Below are positions 11,138 to 23,246 of a stretch of 64,000 nt of DNA, in pieces. The translations under genes and the position numbers were made by a program. The notes under the pieces were generated by a model, which saw only the letters and a program-made list of their open reading frames with translations, ran no database searches and was not told the DNA's origin. This DNA comes from Camelus ferus (lineage: Eukaryota), in the NCBI RefSeq assembly GCF_009834535.1, contig NC_045699.1, positions 75,206,001-75,270,000 on the forward strand, given 5' to 3'. The number at the start of each line of letters is the position of its first letter. Within the stretch, counting starts at the first letter, position 1.

Positions 11138-14100
11138 TCAGCTGCTGTCCCACTTCCAGAGGTGGAGAACATGATCATAAAAGGAGCAAGTGGCTAGAAG
11201 GTTGATGTCAAAGTTTGCTGCCTCCAAGTACAGGTCACAGTCACAGATCTGGAGCCTTGAGGCATGCAGCCGGCTGCCACAAGGAGCCTTCAGCCTGCCT
11301 CCACCCTGGAGCTTGGTACCACCCTCTCCATCGTCCACTAAAGGATCAGAAGAGGATGCTGGCGACTGGCCCTTAACCTTCAGGTTACAGACCACGTCTG
11401 CAGTTTTGGCTCCTGGGTCACTGCAGGGAAAGGACCCTAGGGGGAATAACGGCTGGGCCTGCGGCAGACGGTGGAAGTAGAGCCAGGACCAGTCGACTCC
11501 GTACACCAGTGCGTTGGGCAGGATGTGGGACAGGGCGACTGTGCAGGCTTCCTGCTTCTCCTCTGGAGCAAACCGGGCGGACACGGGAAACAGAGCATTA
11601 CCCAGAGTGGACCTCGTCACCCCGACCGACAGCCCCGCCCACCCTCCAAGCGAGACTCTGCCAAGAGCAGCCCCTGTGCAGCCCGCGGAGGAGCGTGGGG
11701 ATGCGCACAGAGGACAAAAGTCCTCATCTTGCAGGGAGCGTGCTGTGCCCACGAGGGGAGCTAGCCCGGCAACAGAACACGCATGCAGGGCACCTTCCCA
11801 GTCAGAGGACCTGCGAAAGCTTCCCATTAAGACTTAAAGCCAGGGACGAAGGACTCAGCACAGTGGGGGAAGAGCCGTGCAGGTGGCCATGGCCGAGGTG
11901 TCAGGGACCGGGGCTCGTCTGGAGGCCACGTCACATACAGTCCAGTGTGCTCTGTAAAAGAGTCTGGATTTAGCTTTTGCTTGGAAAGGAGTCACGGAGG
12001 ACCTGAAGCAAGAGCAATTTCCGAGGTGCCGTGGCAACTGCGAAGCTGGACAGAACAGAGCTGAGGGAGGGCTGAAAGTGACCCACGAGCAGAAGAAAGA
12101 AATGATGAGCTGTCGCCAGGCCTGAGGTGGTCAAGGGTCTGGGGTGAGGACCAGGCTGGCATGAGCAGCCATGGAAAATGGGTGGCCAGTGAGCCAGGGA
12201 TGTGGACTTAGGAAACTGTCAGCAGCGGGAAGCCCCAACAGCCCACCATTCAGCCTTCGAAGAGTCAGCCTGGAGGCTGCAACACCCTGAAGGTGGCCAC
12301 TGCTGCCTCCTGAGTGCCGGGATCCATGCCAAGTGATCTGAATCGCGATCGATCAGAATGAGCACTGATGAGGAAAGGCTGGAGCTGGACTCGGCAAACA
12401 TGAGACCCTCCTCCCTCACCCAGGGCTTTCCCCGGGCAGAGGGCTCTGGCAGGGAGCTGGGCGCTGAGGCTCCCAGAGGGCAGAGAGACACACTGGCCAC
12501 ATGCATGGAAGGAAGGCCCAGGAGATGCCCCGCTCGGGTGGGGACGCCTGGCCCTGGTAACTAGTGGACGACAGGTCTTCCTGCTGCACAGAGACATGAC
12601 ACCTGTGACACAGCACGGCTGCCCCTCGGGGGCACGCGGAGCCCAAACAGAACAACACGTTACGTTAGGCAGCAAGGGGTGGAAAGTTCCAAAGAGTAGG
12701 AATGGTGCAGGCCACATTCCGACCTAACGCAGTGAAACAAAATGAATGACACGGTCAAAACAAAAGACTGCTTCCACCTAGAAGTCTAAAAACCTTCTAC
12801 TAAAGCCACTCATGGATAAAAGGGAAATACGAACTCAAATCACAGAACTTCTTTATAAAAAGTGCAAGTGAAATGACTACAGTCATAACCTACAAGTATG
12901 CTTACATCACAGAAAAGTTCAAACATAAAAACACGTAACATAAACAGATTAATAAAGATGAGTGAACTGTACTCCCAACTCAGAATGCTAGAATGAGAAC
13001 TAAGGAGGCACAGGGAGAGGAACAATACAGACAAAAAGAGACACTGATGAGAGCAGAGAACAGAACACACCATACAACCAAAATCAAAATCCTTTCAAAG
13101 AAATAATATACACACTACTAACTAACCTAATTAAGGAAAAAGAAATACTTATTTCAATGTTTGCATAAATATATAAAGTAAAACATGACAAAGGGCAAAA
13201 TAGCCATTAGAGGGAATTTTTTTTTTAAACTAACCTGAGTGTGGGAGGGAAAAGGCTTTTTAACTAAAACACAAAATCTAGATTGAATTTTAAAAATCTA
13301 TAAATTGTATTACATTTAAGAAAACCTTCTGCATGGGGAAAAACACCACCAAAGGCAGATCAAGGCAACAGAGGAAACATTTCCAGCCTAAACCAGAGGT
13401 CAAGGGTCAAGGCCACTGCACAGAACTCCAAGCCGAGAGAGAAAAGGACCAGAAGCCAGAGGGGAAACAGGCAAAGGACAGACAGAGGCACTTCACAGAG
13501 ACAGATATAACAGCAGCCCTCAGCAAGTGAGAGTATGTTTAACCTCACTCCTAGTTAGAGACACGCAGGTTTAAGTTCCTGTGAGACGCCACTTCACAAG
13601 CCTGATGGCGCTGCTGGCGAGGCTGAGGGGAGGCAGGCTTCCCCATGTGTGGCTGGTGAGGAAACAGTGAGATCCGTGCTCACCTGGGACCCTGTAGCCC
13701 CTCATCTAGGCAGCAGCCCTGAGGATACCTTCAGTGAGGCAGAAGCATGCGCACAACAGAATACACGTCAAGCACTATTTACAGTGGCAAACTACTGGAA
13801 GAGCCCAAACATGCACCTAGAAAGTTGGAAGAGAGATCTGTAGTATACGCACCAAATGGTGTGCTATGTAACCTTTAAAAAGAGCGAGGCCAACAGGCAC
13901 GTGGAAAGATGCTCAATGTCGCTAATCATCAGAGAAATGCAAGTCAGAGCCACAGTGAAGTATCACCTCACACCAGCCAGAATGGCCATCTTTAAAAAGT
14001 GCACAAACGATAAGTGCTGGAGAGGCCGTGGAGGAAAGGGAATTACCTCCTGCACTGCTGGTGGGAATGCAGTTTGGTGCAGCCACTGTGGAAAACAGTA

Positions 14101-17100
14101 TGGAGATTCCTCAAAAGATTAGGAATAGACTTACCATATGACCCAGCAATCCCATTCCTGGGCATATATCCAGAAGGAACCCTACTTCAAAAAGACACCT
14201 GCACCCCAGTGTTCACAGCNNNNNNNNNNNNNNNNNNNNNNNNNNNNNNNNNNNNNNNNNNNNNNNNNNNNNNNNNNNNNNNNNNNNNNNNNNNNNNNNN
14301 NNNNNNNNNNNNNNNNNNNNNNNNNNNNNNNNNNNNNNNNNNNNNNNNNNNNNNNNNNNNNNNNNNNNNNNNNNNNNNNNNCATTCTAAGTGAAGTAAGC
14401 CAGAAAGAGAAAGAAAAATACCATATGAGATCGCTCACATGTGGAATCTAAAAAACAAACAAACAAACAAGCATAAGTACAGAACAGAAACAGACTCAAA
14501 GACATAGAATACAGACTTGTGGTTGCCAAGGGGGTGGGGGGTGGGAAGAGATAGACTGGGATTTCAAAATTGTAGAATAGATAAACAAGATTATACTGTA
14601 TAGCACAGGGAAATATACACAAGCTCTTATGGTGGCTCACAGAGGAAAAATGTGACAATGAATATGTATATGCTCACGTACAACTGAAAAATTGTGCTCT
14701 ACACTGGAATTTGACAAAACATTGTAAAATGATTATAAATCAATAAAAAATGTTAAAAAAAAAAACAAACTTACAGTTACTGAGGGGAAAGAAGGTGGGA
14801 AGGGATACATGGGAGTCCGAGATTTGCAAATACTAACTACTATACATAAAACAGGTAGATTTGTTCTGTACAGCACACGGAACCATACTCAGTACCTTAT
14901 AGTAACCCACGCTCACACATGCACATGCACACTCCCACACAGCACCCCGCGGCTATGAGCACGGCTACGAGCACAACTAATGACCAGATCTCAGGCTGTA
15001 AACAACACTGGCACTAAGAGGCCGCAGGACTTCCAGAGGAACAGCTGACCCCGGGTGCAGGGGAGGCAAAGTACGAGATGAACCTGGAGCTAACTGTGCC
15101 CCAAAGCAAGGAGGGGCAGTTGGCCGTCCTTCCCCTGAGTTCCACACCCACAGAGTCAACCAACTCAGGATCAAAAATACCACACGACCCAAGGCTGGAG
15201 GAAGCTACAGGCTTGGAACCCCAGGCCACAGGGCCACCTGGACTCAAAAATCTCTGAGGACATATGAAAAGGACATTCATGCTGTGTTAGGTATTACAAA
15301 CAACTGAGAGATGATTTAAAGTGTCCAGGTAAATGCAAACACTGGGCCATTTTATCTGAGGGACCTGGTGTCTGCAGGGGCCCTGGAACCCACCCCCGTG
15401 GATACCAGGGAACAACTGTATATGGATACAGATAGACACATGGAAGAAAGGACAGCTCTTCCTTACAAAAGAATACGAATTTTAAAATGTGGGAAGGATA
15501 GTAACAGAAAATCACCATTCTGCAATTACAGTAGTAACTTATCAGGCAAGAATCATCAATGGATTGAGTGAAAGTCTGATGAGAAACACAGGTTCAAAGA
15601 CTCATCACAGGCTATTAATTACAAAGGAAAAATAGCTTTTTTACACTGGAGAAAGCTAGGGCAACCACTTTGACCACATGGTCCAGTTAACATCTGCCAC
15701 AAAGGACAGAGTGGCGTCACGTGACTCCTGACCCAACACACTGAGGAGAGAATGTCACCTCTGTCAGGTCCTGGTGGAAGAGGGTCCGGCCCAGGACAGG
15801 AGACAATTTCAGACTCAGACCATGAACAGACGGAAGCAGGCAGCACCCGTGAGGGACCCTGAGTGGCTCCCCAGCGTCAGAGGAGAGGCTTTACAGCAAA
15901 CAAAACCTTATTATAGGTAAACAGGGCACCGTGCATCAACAAGAGGGTCCATACGTGAGGAAAACACAGTTATGAACAAGGACACCCCTAACAAGAACCC
16001 CAAAACCTCTGAGACAAAACCTGACAGAACTGAGGAGGAGCCAACAGTGACAGCTGAGACTTCAGCCCCATGCTGTCAGTGACGAACAACCAGGCGGACA
16101 GTCAGCAAGGAAGCAGCAGCCCTGACCGCCCCCACAGGCCCTCCGCCTGTGTCAGCAGCGCAGGCCCCTCGGAGGGGCAAGCGGGGCTCTCCCCGGCGGC
16201 CGCACGCTCGGCACGCCTCAACAAGCCCGGAGGAGCCCACAGTGGCGTCAAGTCAGAAATCCTAGCAGAAAGAAATCGAGGGCGCCCACGAGAATGTGGA
16301 AATTAAACCACACACTCGTGAATAGCCACTCAGTCAAAGAAGGTATCACAAAACGCCGACGCTGACGGAGAGGAACGACCTCAGACTGTGACAGTGCGAG
16401 CCGCCAGGGCAGGGAGGAGCGTGGGTTCAGAGGAGGACGCTGGTGCAGAGCCAGTGCAGAGGAGCCCGGCCCCAGGAGCCACAATGGGGCTGAGGCGCTA
16501 AGTCGCTTCTTTGCATGGAGGAGGGGACGGGAGGTCACGGGCTGAGAGTGAGGGGAGGACAGGGGTGGGGGCTGAGAAAAGAAACGGAAATAGTTTGGAC
16601 AGCAAAAGAATGACAGGTCAGGTTCACCTGGAGATTCCAAGCACCCACAGGAGCATGAGGTGAAGGGAAGGGAGACCATGCAGGGGCTGCGTCCCCCCAG
16701 CCGCACGCTGTGGCTCGGCCTCAGGCAGAGCTTTCCCAGTGCCAGGTTCTCCTGGAGCATCAGACCACAGGGACCACACTGACCACAGCAGGACGATGTG
16801 GCAAAGGTGGGTCAAGGATGGTTATGAAAGCGACAAGCGGTAATGCGTCTGGAGGAGGGGTCCCAATAGGGCCAGAAAGTCGCTGAGATGCAGAAGGTAC
16901 CATGACAATCCAGACGGTCAGGTAAGAGCCATGCGCAGAGGGCAGGGTGACAAACCTCGGCAAGGCCTCGGGCGTGGCCCTGGGAACATGCGAAGAGGCA
17001 AGAACTGGGGCCCCCGCTCACCTACTGCCCTTTGGCAGTTGAGGACCTTAAAGCCTCCGTGCACACAGGCCGCCAGCAGCAGGTGGCGGCGGAAAGGGTG

Positions 17101-20100
17101 CCACTTGAGCCTCCACACCCCGCCCTGCACGGGCGTGTCCGCGAGCGGCTGCTTCATGTTCCGAGTGTCCCAGAGCAGGACGTGCTCGTCGTAGCTGGAA
17201 CCGGGGCCACAGAGAGCACATGGGAGCGCGGGGCCCAGGGCACCCACCTGCTTACCCTCCCAGACAGACCCAGGGCCCACCGCCCCTTCAGGGCCAGCCC
17301 ATGAGACATGGCCACCGCCACGACACGGAGAGGCCACGGCTGGTGCAGGAAGGCATGGGAACAGACGCTGGGTCTCACCTTCCTGTGGCCAAGACGTTCT
17401 CCTGGTGTGGGCTGCTCTGGATGCTGCACACGCCCATGGAGTGTCTGTGAGCGGAGGGCAGGGACTGAGCTGGTGCCCTGGCAGGCCCCTGGGACCCTGA
17501 GGCACGGGCAGCGCCGGCCCCCCACCACCTACCTTCTGCTTGTGAACACGGATGTGGGGGGCGTCCTGGTGTCCCAGCCTTTCAGGAGGCCATCGTCCCC
17601 ACCTGCACAGAACAGAAATGCCCAACAACGGCCGGCGCGTCTCAGGCGGCATTCTCACCCACGAGGAGGTTCCTGGGGACCATCCTCCCGGGGGGTTGCA
17701 GGCAGGCACCAGGCAGAAGAGCCAAAGCAGCACCTGGGAATGGTCACCCTGGCCGTAACCTGAAGAAGGCGTGTGTGGGGAAGAGGGAAGGACCAAGGCT
17801 GCCCCAGGAGGAGAAAGGGCAGGCCAGGAAGTCCAGGGGAGAATTTCCAGGTCACACGTGACTCAACCCTTCGGGGTCCTGACCACCAGGAACCTGCACC
17901 CACGTCAAGGGACTCTGAACAGGACCTGCACAAGGGAGGCATCAAATGTGGAGACCTGAGGTTCTGGAGCCTGCAGCGCCGCTCCACGTGGTTGTGACCT
18001 GACAGAAGAGGCCCTGTGCTTGTCCTGGGGGAACTGAGAGGAAAGGGAGAGCAAGGGGGCGGCACGCCGACCCACAGCCGGCCTTGGGAGAAAGGCAACA
18101 GCAAGCACAGGGCCGCGCTGCCTTGAAGGAGGGAGGGAAGGGACGGCTGGAGAACAGGTCGCGCAGGGAGGACAAACAGGAGCAGAAAGCCCTCGGAGGC
18201 CTGAGCCCTCCGTTCCCCGACCATCTACACCCACCGTCCACCCATCTGCCCCCCACAAACCTGTCCTTCCATCCATCCTCCAGCCACCACCCGTCCAACC
18301 ACCCACCCACCTACAGGTAGTTACTGAGCGAAGTACAGACCCTGGGACAAAGAATACGGGTGGACCCACGCCCAAGTGGACGGGCAGAAGCAGGCCATCT
18401 GGGCAAGGCGCCTGCGGGTGGGCCTCAAGCACAGCTGCCTTCTGTGGCGAGTGCGTAAGGAGAGCTGCCTGTGGCGTCTTTACACCATGGTCTGTCCTTC
18501 TCTCTCACATCACACTCGCCTCACCAGGACGCCTATCCGACTGCCTTCACACCGAGCAGCCTCACCACTTCTCACCTCCGTTGCTCCCAGCGTGCACCCG
18601 CGGGGGTGACAGGCCTCCAGGCGACACCACAGCCCTTGCAGTCTGCACTCAACACACTCCTCAGATTTTAAAACACAGCCCAGAAGAGATCACTCCTCTG
18701 TTCAACATCCGCAACGGCTCCCTCCACGCTGAGCTGAAGCCACAGTCCCTCCCGGGGCTGGCGAGGCCGTGCCCCCGCGGCTTCTGCTCTCACCTTCCAG
18801 TCCAGCACCGCCTGTGCCACCCGGCCACGCTGGCTACGCGCTGTTCCGAACACACCGGGCTCACTCCTGCCTTGGGGCCCTTCGCCTATGGCGACTGTGC
18901 TCTGTCACACAACCTGCACCTGCCCGCACGCCTGAGCCCCTCAGCCCGTCCCACCTTTCTTCTCCCCAGAGGACGTACACCTGCCGCGCACACTGTGCTT
19001 CCTGTTCGCTGCCGTCTCCTGCCAGATGGTGTGAGCACAATGAAAGCAGGGACTTTTGTCAGCCTGCTCACGGGTGTGTCCCAAGCCCCCAAGACAGTGC
19101 CTGGCAGGCAGCAGGTGCTCAGTAAACACCTGCTGAATGAACAGCCTGGTCCTGCGTTATAACATCATTGTCCTGTACCTCTGCTCTGAATCAGCTTAGC
19201 CTTCGGGTAGGGAAACTGGTTCAGAAATGAGAGCTCAAACAATTAAATCTTCACTGTTCTCCCCGAGGCTGCTCAAGGGTGTGACAAGTAACCCAGAAAG
19301 GACCCTCCTTCAGGGGAGAACAAGCATTAAACACATAATCAGAATTAGGATGAGCACAGGATGTCAAGAGAGCGATTCCAGCATCTCTAAAAACGAGACT
19401 GTAAGCTGAGCCCCGCCAGACATGTAGAATTAACGCCTAAAGGAGACATCACGTGACCAAGCACCAAGATTGCTGAGAACATGGAATATTTGAAGAAAAG
19501 AAGTCAGAGGCATGGAAGGAGGGTTCGAAATTGGACCAGAAAGGCAGGCACAGGACCACAGGTCTCACACCAAGTGTTCTGGCAGGAGCTGCAAAGAGCA
19601 ATATGGTACACGAGGTGGGCGGAGGCTGCAGGTCTTCACAAGAGTGGAGGCTGGACTGGAAAAGGGGGAGAATGAACACAGGGCTATCACTCAGGGCTCA
19701 GCCCCAACAAACGGGAGGAGACTGAGTCCGGACAAGTGGAGAGAGAGAGAGATGGCCAATTCTGAGATGCTCCTGTGGTAAAACCAGCAACACACACTCA
19801 GGGGAGGGGTGAGCGGACAGCGGGAGGGGCAGGTATGCACAAGGCAGCATAGGAGCGCATGGCCCAGCCCGTGATCCTGGGCGAGTGCCTGCGAAGCACC
19901 CCTGCAGGCAGGATAAATGCATCAAGAATGCAGGAAAAAGGTCTGGCTAAAAACCACAGCACAGTGTTTCTGGAAGAGACATTAACGGAGGTCAGGAAAA
20001 CAACGACATGGAGCAAGAGGAGGGTCCAGAGGACAGTGAACACTTCCATGCTGTGGGAAAGGGGCCCCCCAGGTAATGGGAAGGCTGGAAAAAGGACAGT

Positions 20101-23100
20101 CCAGGCAGCGTGGTGTGACGACCAGGGAAAAGTGTGGGGGCGCAGGGGCCCGGTGTGTGAGTGCTGCCGTGCGACCGGGTGTGTAGCTGTCGCTGTCACT
20201 CAGCAAGAGGTTCCGCTGTGGCGGGGCGAGGTCACACAGCCTCCTGACCAGCCGGCAGAACACCCCGGCTTCACGTGGTGTTCTGAGCACACTCAGAACT
20301 CAGCTCACGTGGGGCTGAGCACACTCCCAGCAACTGAGAGAGGGAGACGGGTCAGATCTTTCCTTTGCCTCTCTGCAAACTCTCCGGCTCCTCTTCCGCC
20401 TTCTCGCTGAGGCCAGTGCCCTCCCTGCCCGTGAGCTACCCAGAGCCCCCCGTCCCCAAGCTCTGTTCACCTCTCATTCCCACCCCAGCAACCCCCAAAT
20501 ACATACCACTACCAATACCAGGAAATTAACCCTACTTCATGCTTCCTTTTCTTTGGGACAGTGAAATACTCCAAAGAGGAAACAAACCTGAAACCCAACA
20601 TGAAAATTCAACTCTGGACCCAGAAGCACCAGCAGGGAGGGGCTCCGACTGGACTGTGAGAGTGAGTGAGGCCCCCTCCGCCACAGCAGCACAGCAGGGC
20701 CTCACCAGAGCTGCTCCAGCACGGGGTGGCACCATCCGGGCCTGCAGGGCCTGCACAGATTGCACCTCGCCCTCTAGGTGAGCCCCAGCCACGGCCTCTG
20801 CCCTGGAAAATACCCTCTCCGCAAGAGGGTTTCGTGATCCTAGCAGGACCAGAATCAAGTAGCCTTCTCTGCTCCCCATCCCTGCGCCCTCAACCAGACT
20901 TGAGAGAGAACCGAAGCGGAGGGGGTACCAACCTGAATACACAACCTCTGTCTGCCAGTAATTGAAAGCAGCAATCCAGGCCTCAAAGTGATGGGCCTGC
21001 CACGTGGCCACAGCCTGCAGCCCCGGCCCTGCCTCGCTCACCTTCAGGAGGGACAGCTGCCCGTTGGAGTCGCTGCTAATGAGTTTCAAGGGCTGGTCAC
21101 TGGCTCTGGACACAGGGAACCAATGGAGAAACCTGGCTGAAGTTCAAGCACAGACTCAAACGCATCACTCTCTTCTGGCTCCCAACTGGTGACACTTTAT
21201 GCCCCCACAGCATGTCACACAGAGGCTTTCCACAGACCTGGAGTGTGGACATGCCTCTTAAGAAGCGTGCTTGAGGGGGGAGTGAATAGGTCAGTGGTAG
21301 AGCATATGCCTAGCATGCATGAGGTCCTTGGTTCAATCCCCAGTACCTCCATCAAAATAAATAAGTAAACAAACAAATTACCTCCCCCAAAAGTAAAAAA
21401 ATTAAATAAATAAATAAGTATCAGCTCCTCCCGATAAAAACACCACCCCTTCTAACTAAAAGGCCGAACTTTTTTCTTTTTCCATCAGGCCTGGCAGTGA
21501 TGTTCCCAGGTTTGGGGAGCCACAGATGAGGCCAGCACAGGTGGCTTTCGTTCTCTTGCGTGAAGATAGGAGTGGATGCCCAGGGGAAGACTCGGGCCCA
21601 CCAATGCCAGCCCTTACCTTCCAGCCTTCCCAGTGGACCAGTCCAAGGACAAGGCCAGACCCCGCTTTTCCAGGGCAAAGCGGGAGAATGGCTCTAGCAT
21701 GTAAGAGTTCTGCTGTGGAGAAAGGAACGTGATCAAAGGGGCACGGCCTCAGACCCAGAGAGGATTTCTCCTCTGGTCCAGGAATGCTGCCGTCCCCTTG
21801 TTTCTACAAAGGGCCTGGCCCTTGTCACCGACCTCGGATCGCACCAAGCGGAGGAGCTCTACGGACCCGCCAGCATCCGCCACGCCCAAGAGGGCGTGGC
21901 CGCCCACTGGGACGTGGCACCTGCGAAGACACACGTGCCAGTTAGAACCCGGGGCGTGCCCAGAGCACTGGAGAGCACCATGCACCCCAGTAACTATTTA
22001 AATTTCAGCTTCAAAACTGGGTGTGAGCCTACAATTCTGTTTCAACAAGATTCCCCAGCTTATGAAGCAGAAAACTAGCATTGCTTCCCAGACTGACAGA
22101 GATGTGGAAAAACCCGTCTACAGCATCCTCCAGGTGCCAACAGGTGGGCAGGACAGGACGGTAAAGAAATGAACCCAAGCCTCAGACACTCCCCCGCCCT
22201 GTGGAACGCTGCCAGGCATCAGGCTCCTCACAACAAATTCCAGACAAGCAGGACTGTTCCCAAAGTCGTACCATTTCATGTCCAGGATTGCAGACGTATC
22301 TCTCCTTTGGATCTCAACCAGGGGGCAAGTGGAACCATCCTCATTGAAACTATACAGGTAGAGGCGGCCTAAACGGACTTGAGGCTCATCAACATCCAGT
22401 CCACTCTGCAAAAAAGCTCAAGTGAGTCCTCTAATCACCTTCACAGATTCTGAGGAGCCCAGGGATGGGGACTGAAAGAAAGAAGAGACTGGCCAAGACT
22501 CTGGAACTGTGCCTGGAGGCAGCACCCCGACTTCCTGAGCTGGAGAAATGTCTCTTGTATGCAAGTAATGGGTAGGGGCTGAGCCCTCCTCTACTCAGCA
22601 CAGGAGACTCCTTATAAATCGGCCTCCTTCTATATCGGCCAAGAGCAGGGTTAGGGTCAGCACAGGGCTCAGTCTGCCTGGGACAGCCCTGGCTTAGGGC
22701 TGTTGCCCCAGCACCAGTTCTCACGCTTTAAAGTGTCTGGTTTGGATGCACATAGATGCCTTCAAGAGAGTGGGTACAGCTACTGCGAATCCCATTTTCT
22801 CTTTACTCTAGACTTCATCCGTAAACTTGAACCACGCCTGCAGAGATGACATCCTGCTTTCGGGATGCCCTGTTTCTAACCTACTTTCTGGCCACAAGGC
22901 CAATGTCGCATCTGCACCCCCTGTGCGACTCCACGCCAGTTTTCTCTTTCGACCGAGGCTTGCGGTCGGCTCTGCCTCTTGGGAGCCCTTTCTCGCTCTT
23001 CTCCAGAGAAGAGCCCGACCCTGGGGCTCTAGCTGCTTGGGAAATGCCACCTGGGGATCGAAGGCCTGTGGAGACCGCGCGAGGCCGGAGGGCACCGCGC

Positions 23101-23246
23101 ACCTTGCCCCCCGGGTCGGCGGGCTGGTCCTCCGGCTTCCGCAGCTGGTAGGTGCCGCACGCCAGCAGGCGCCTGCAGCCCTCCAGCGGGCACCACTCCA
23201 CCGAGTCCGCAGTGTGCTCCGCGTCCACCGCCTGCAGCAGCCGCAC
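11138..23246 (-). CDS. DPH7: Diphthine methyltransferase/methylesterase DPH7 (WDR85), WD40 protein, 9 coding exons: 23103-23246(start unresolved), 22272-22405, 21833-21920, 21618-21709, 20933-21105, 17533-17602, 17379-17444, 17022-17194, 11138-11562
   Basis: Spliced reading [20 protein letters not shown]...ACGTYQL...RLGRLYLY...AILDMKWCH...[14 protein letters not shown]...YSGGDDG...GVCSIQSSP...[21 protein letters not shown]...[10 protein letters not shown]...VYGVDWSW...[16 protein letters not shown]. All junctions are GT/AG and in phase; 454 aa counted from the GTG at 23246. No in-frame ATG in exon 1 (see findings). Confidence 0.93.
12780..13885 (+). mobile_element. Old, degraded L1 fragments
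   Basis: A-rich decayed ORF2-like sequence (aatctagattgaattttaaaaatctataaattgtattacatttaagaaaaccttctgca; gtttaacctcactcctagttagagac; gcactatttacagtggcaaactactggaagagccca). Confidence 0.6.
13888..14765 (+). mobile_element. Younger 5'-truncated L1 (ORF2 C-terminus, 3'UTR, poly-A), antisense to DPH7
   Basis: Translates [42 protein letters not shown]...[15 protein letters not shown]; has a frameshift; ends aataaaaaatgttaaaaaaaaaa. Confidence 0.9.
14220..14381. other. Assembly gap (162 N) inside the L1
   Basis: Run of N. Confidence 1.
14766..14910 (+). mobile_element. Second L1 3'UTR fragment in tandem
   Basis: caaacttacagttactgaggggaaag...ctgtacagcacacggaaccatactcagtaccttatagtaacc resembles artiodactyl L1 3' ends. 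Confidence 0.6.
15275..15421 (-). mobile_element. MER2-like TcMar-Tigger fragment
   Basis: Reverse strand tacagttgttccctggtatccacgggggtgggttccaggg...tttaaatcatctc...taatacctaac resembles the MER2 terminus. Confidence 0.6.
18450..19143 (+). mobile_element. L2 3' fragment
   Basis: Classic L2 end: acagtgcctggcaggcagcaggtgctcagtaaacacctgctgaatgaa. Confidence 0.7.
21275..21417 (+). mobile_element. tRNA-Ala(AGC)-derived SINE (camelid vic-1-like), antisense in DPH7 intron 4
   Basis: A-box-like taggtcagtggtagag, anticodon arm gcctagcatgc, B-box ggttcaatccc, and an A-rich tail with ttacctccccc. Confidence 0.85.

Noticed and set aside
12360-12472. C/D box snoRNA (TGATGA...CTGA)
   Set aside because: Antisense to the host gene, non-purine before box C, and a poor terminal stem.
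13856-14451. Functional L1 ORF2
   Set aside because: 5'-truncated, frameshifted C-terminal fragment with a gap.
18220-18315. CCAT/CCAC-rich stretch as a special repeat
   Set aside because: Ordinary low-complexity microsatellite-like intronic sequence.
21275-21350. tRNA-Ala(AGC) gene (also at 46455, 55607 and others)
   Set aside because: Copies are diverged, carry shared A-rich SINE tails and TSDs, and have broken stems: SINEs, not tRNA genes.
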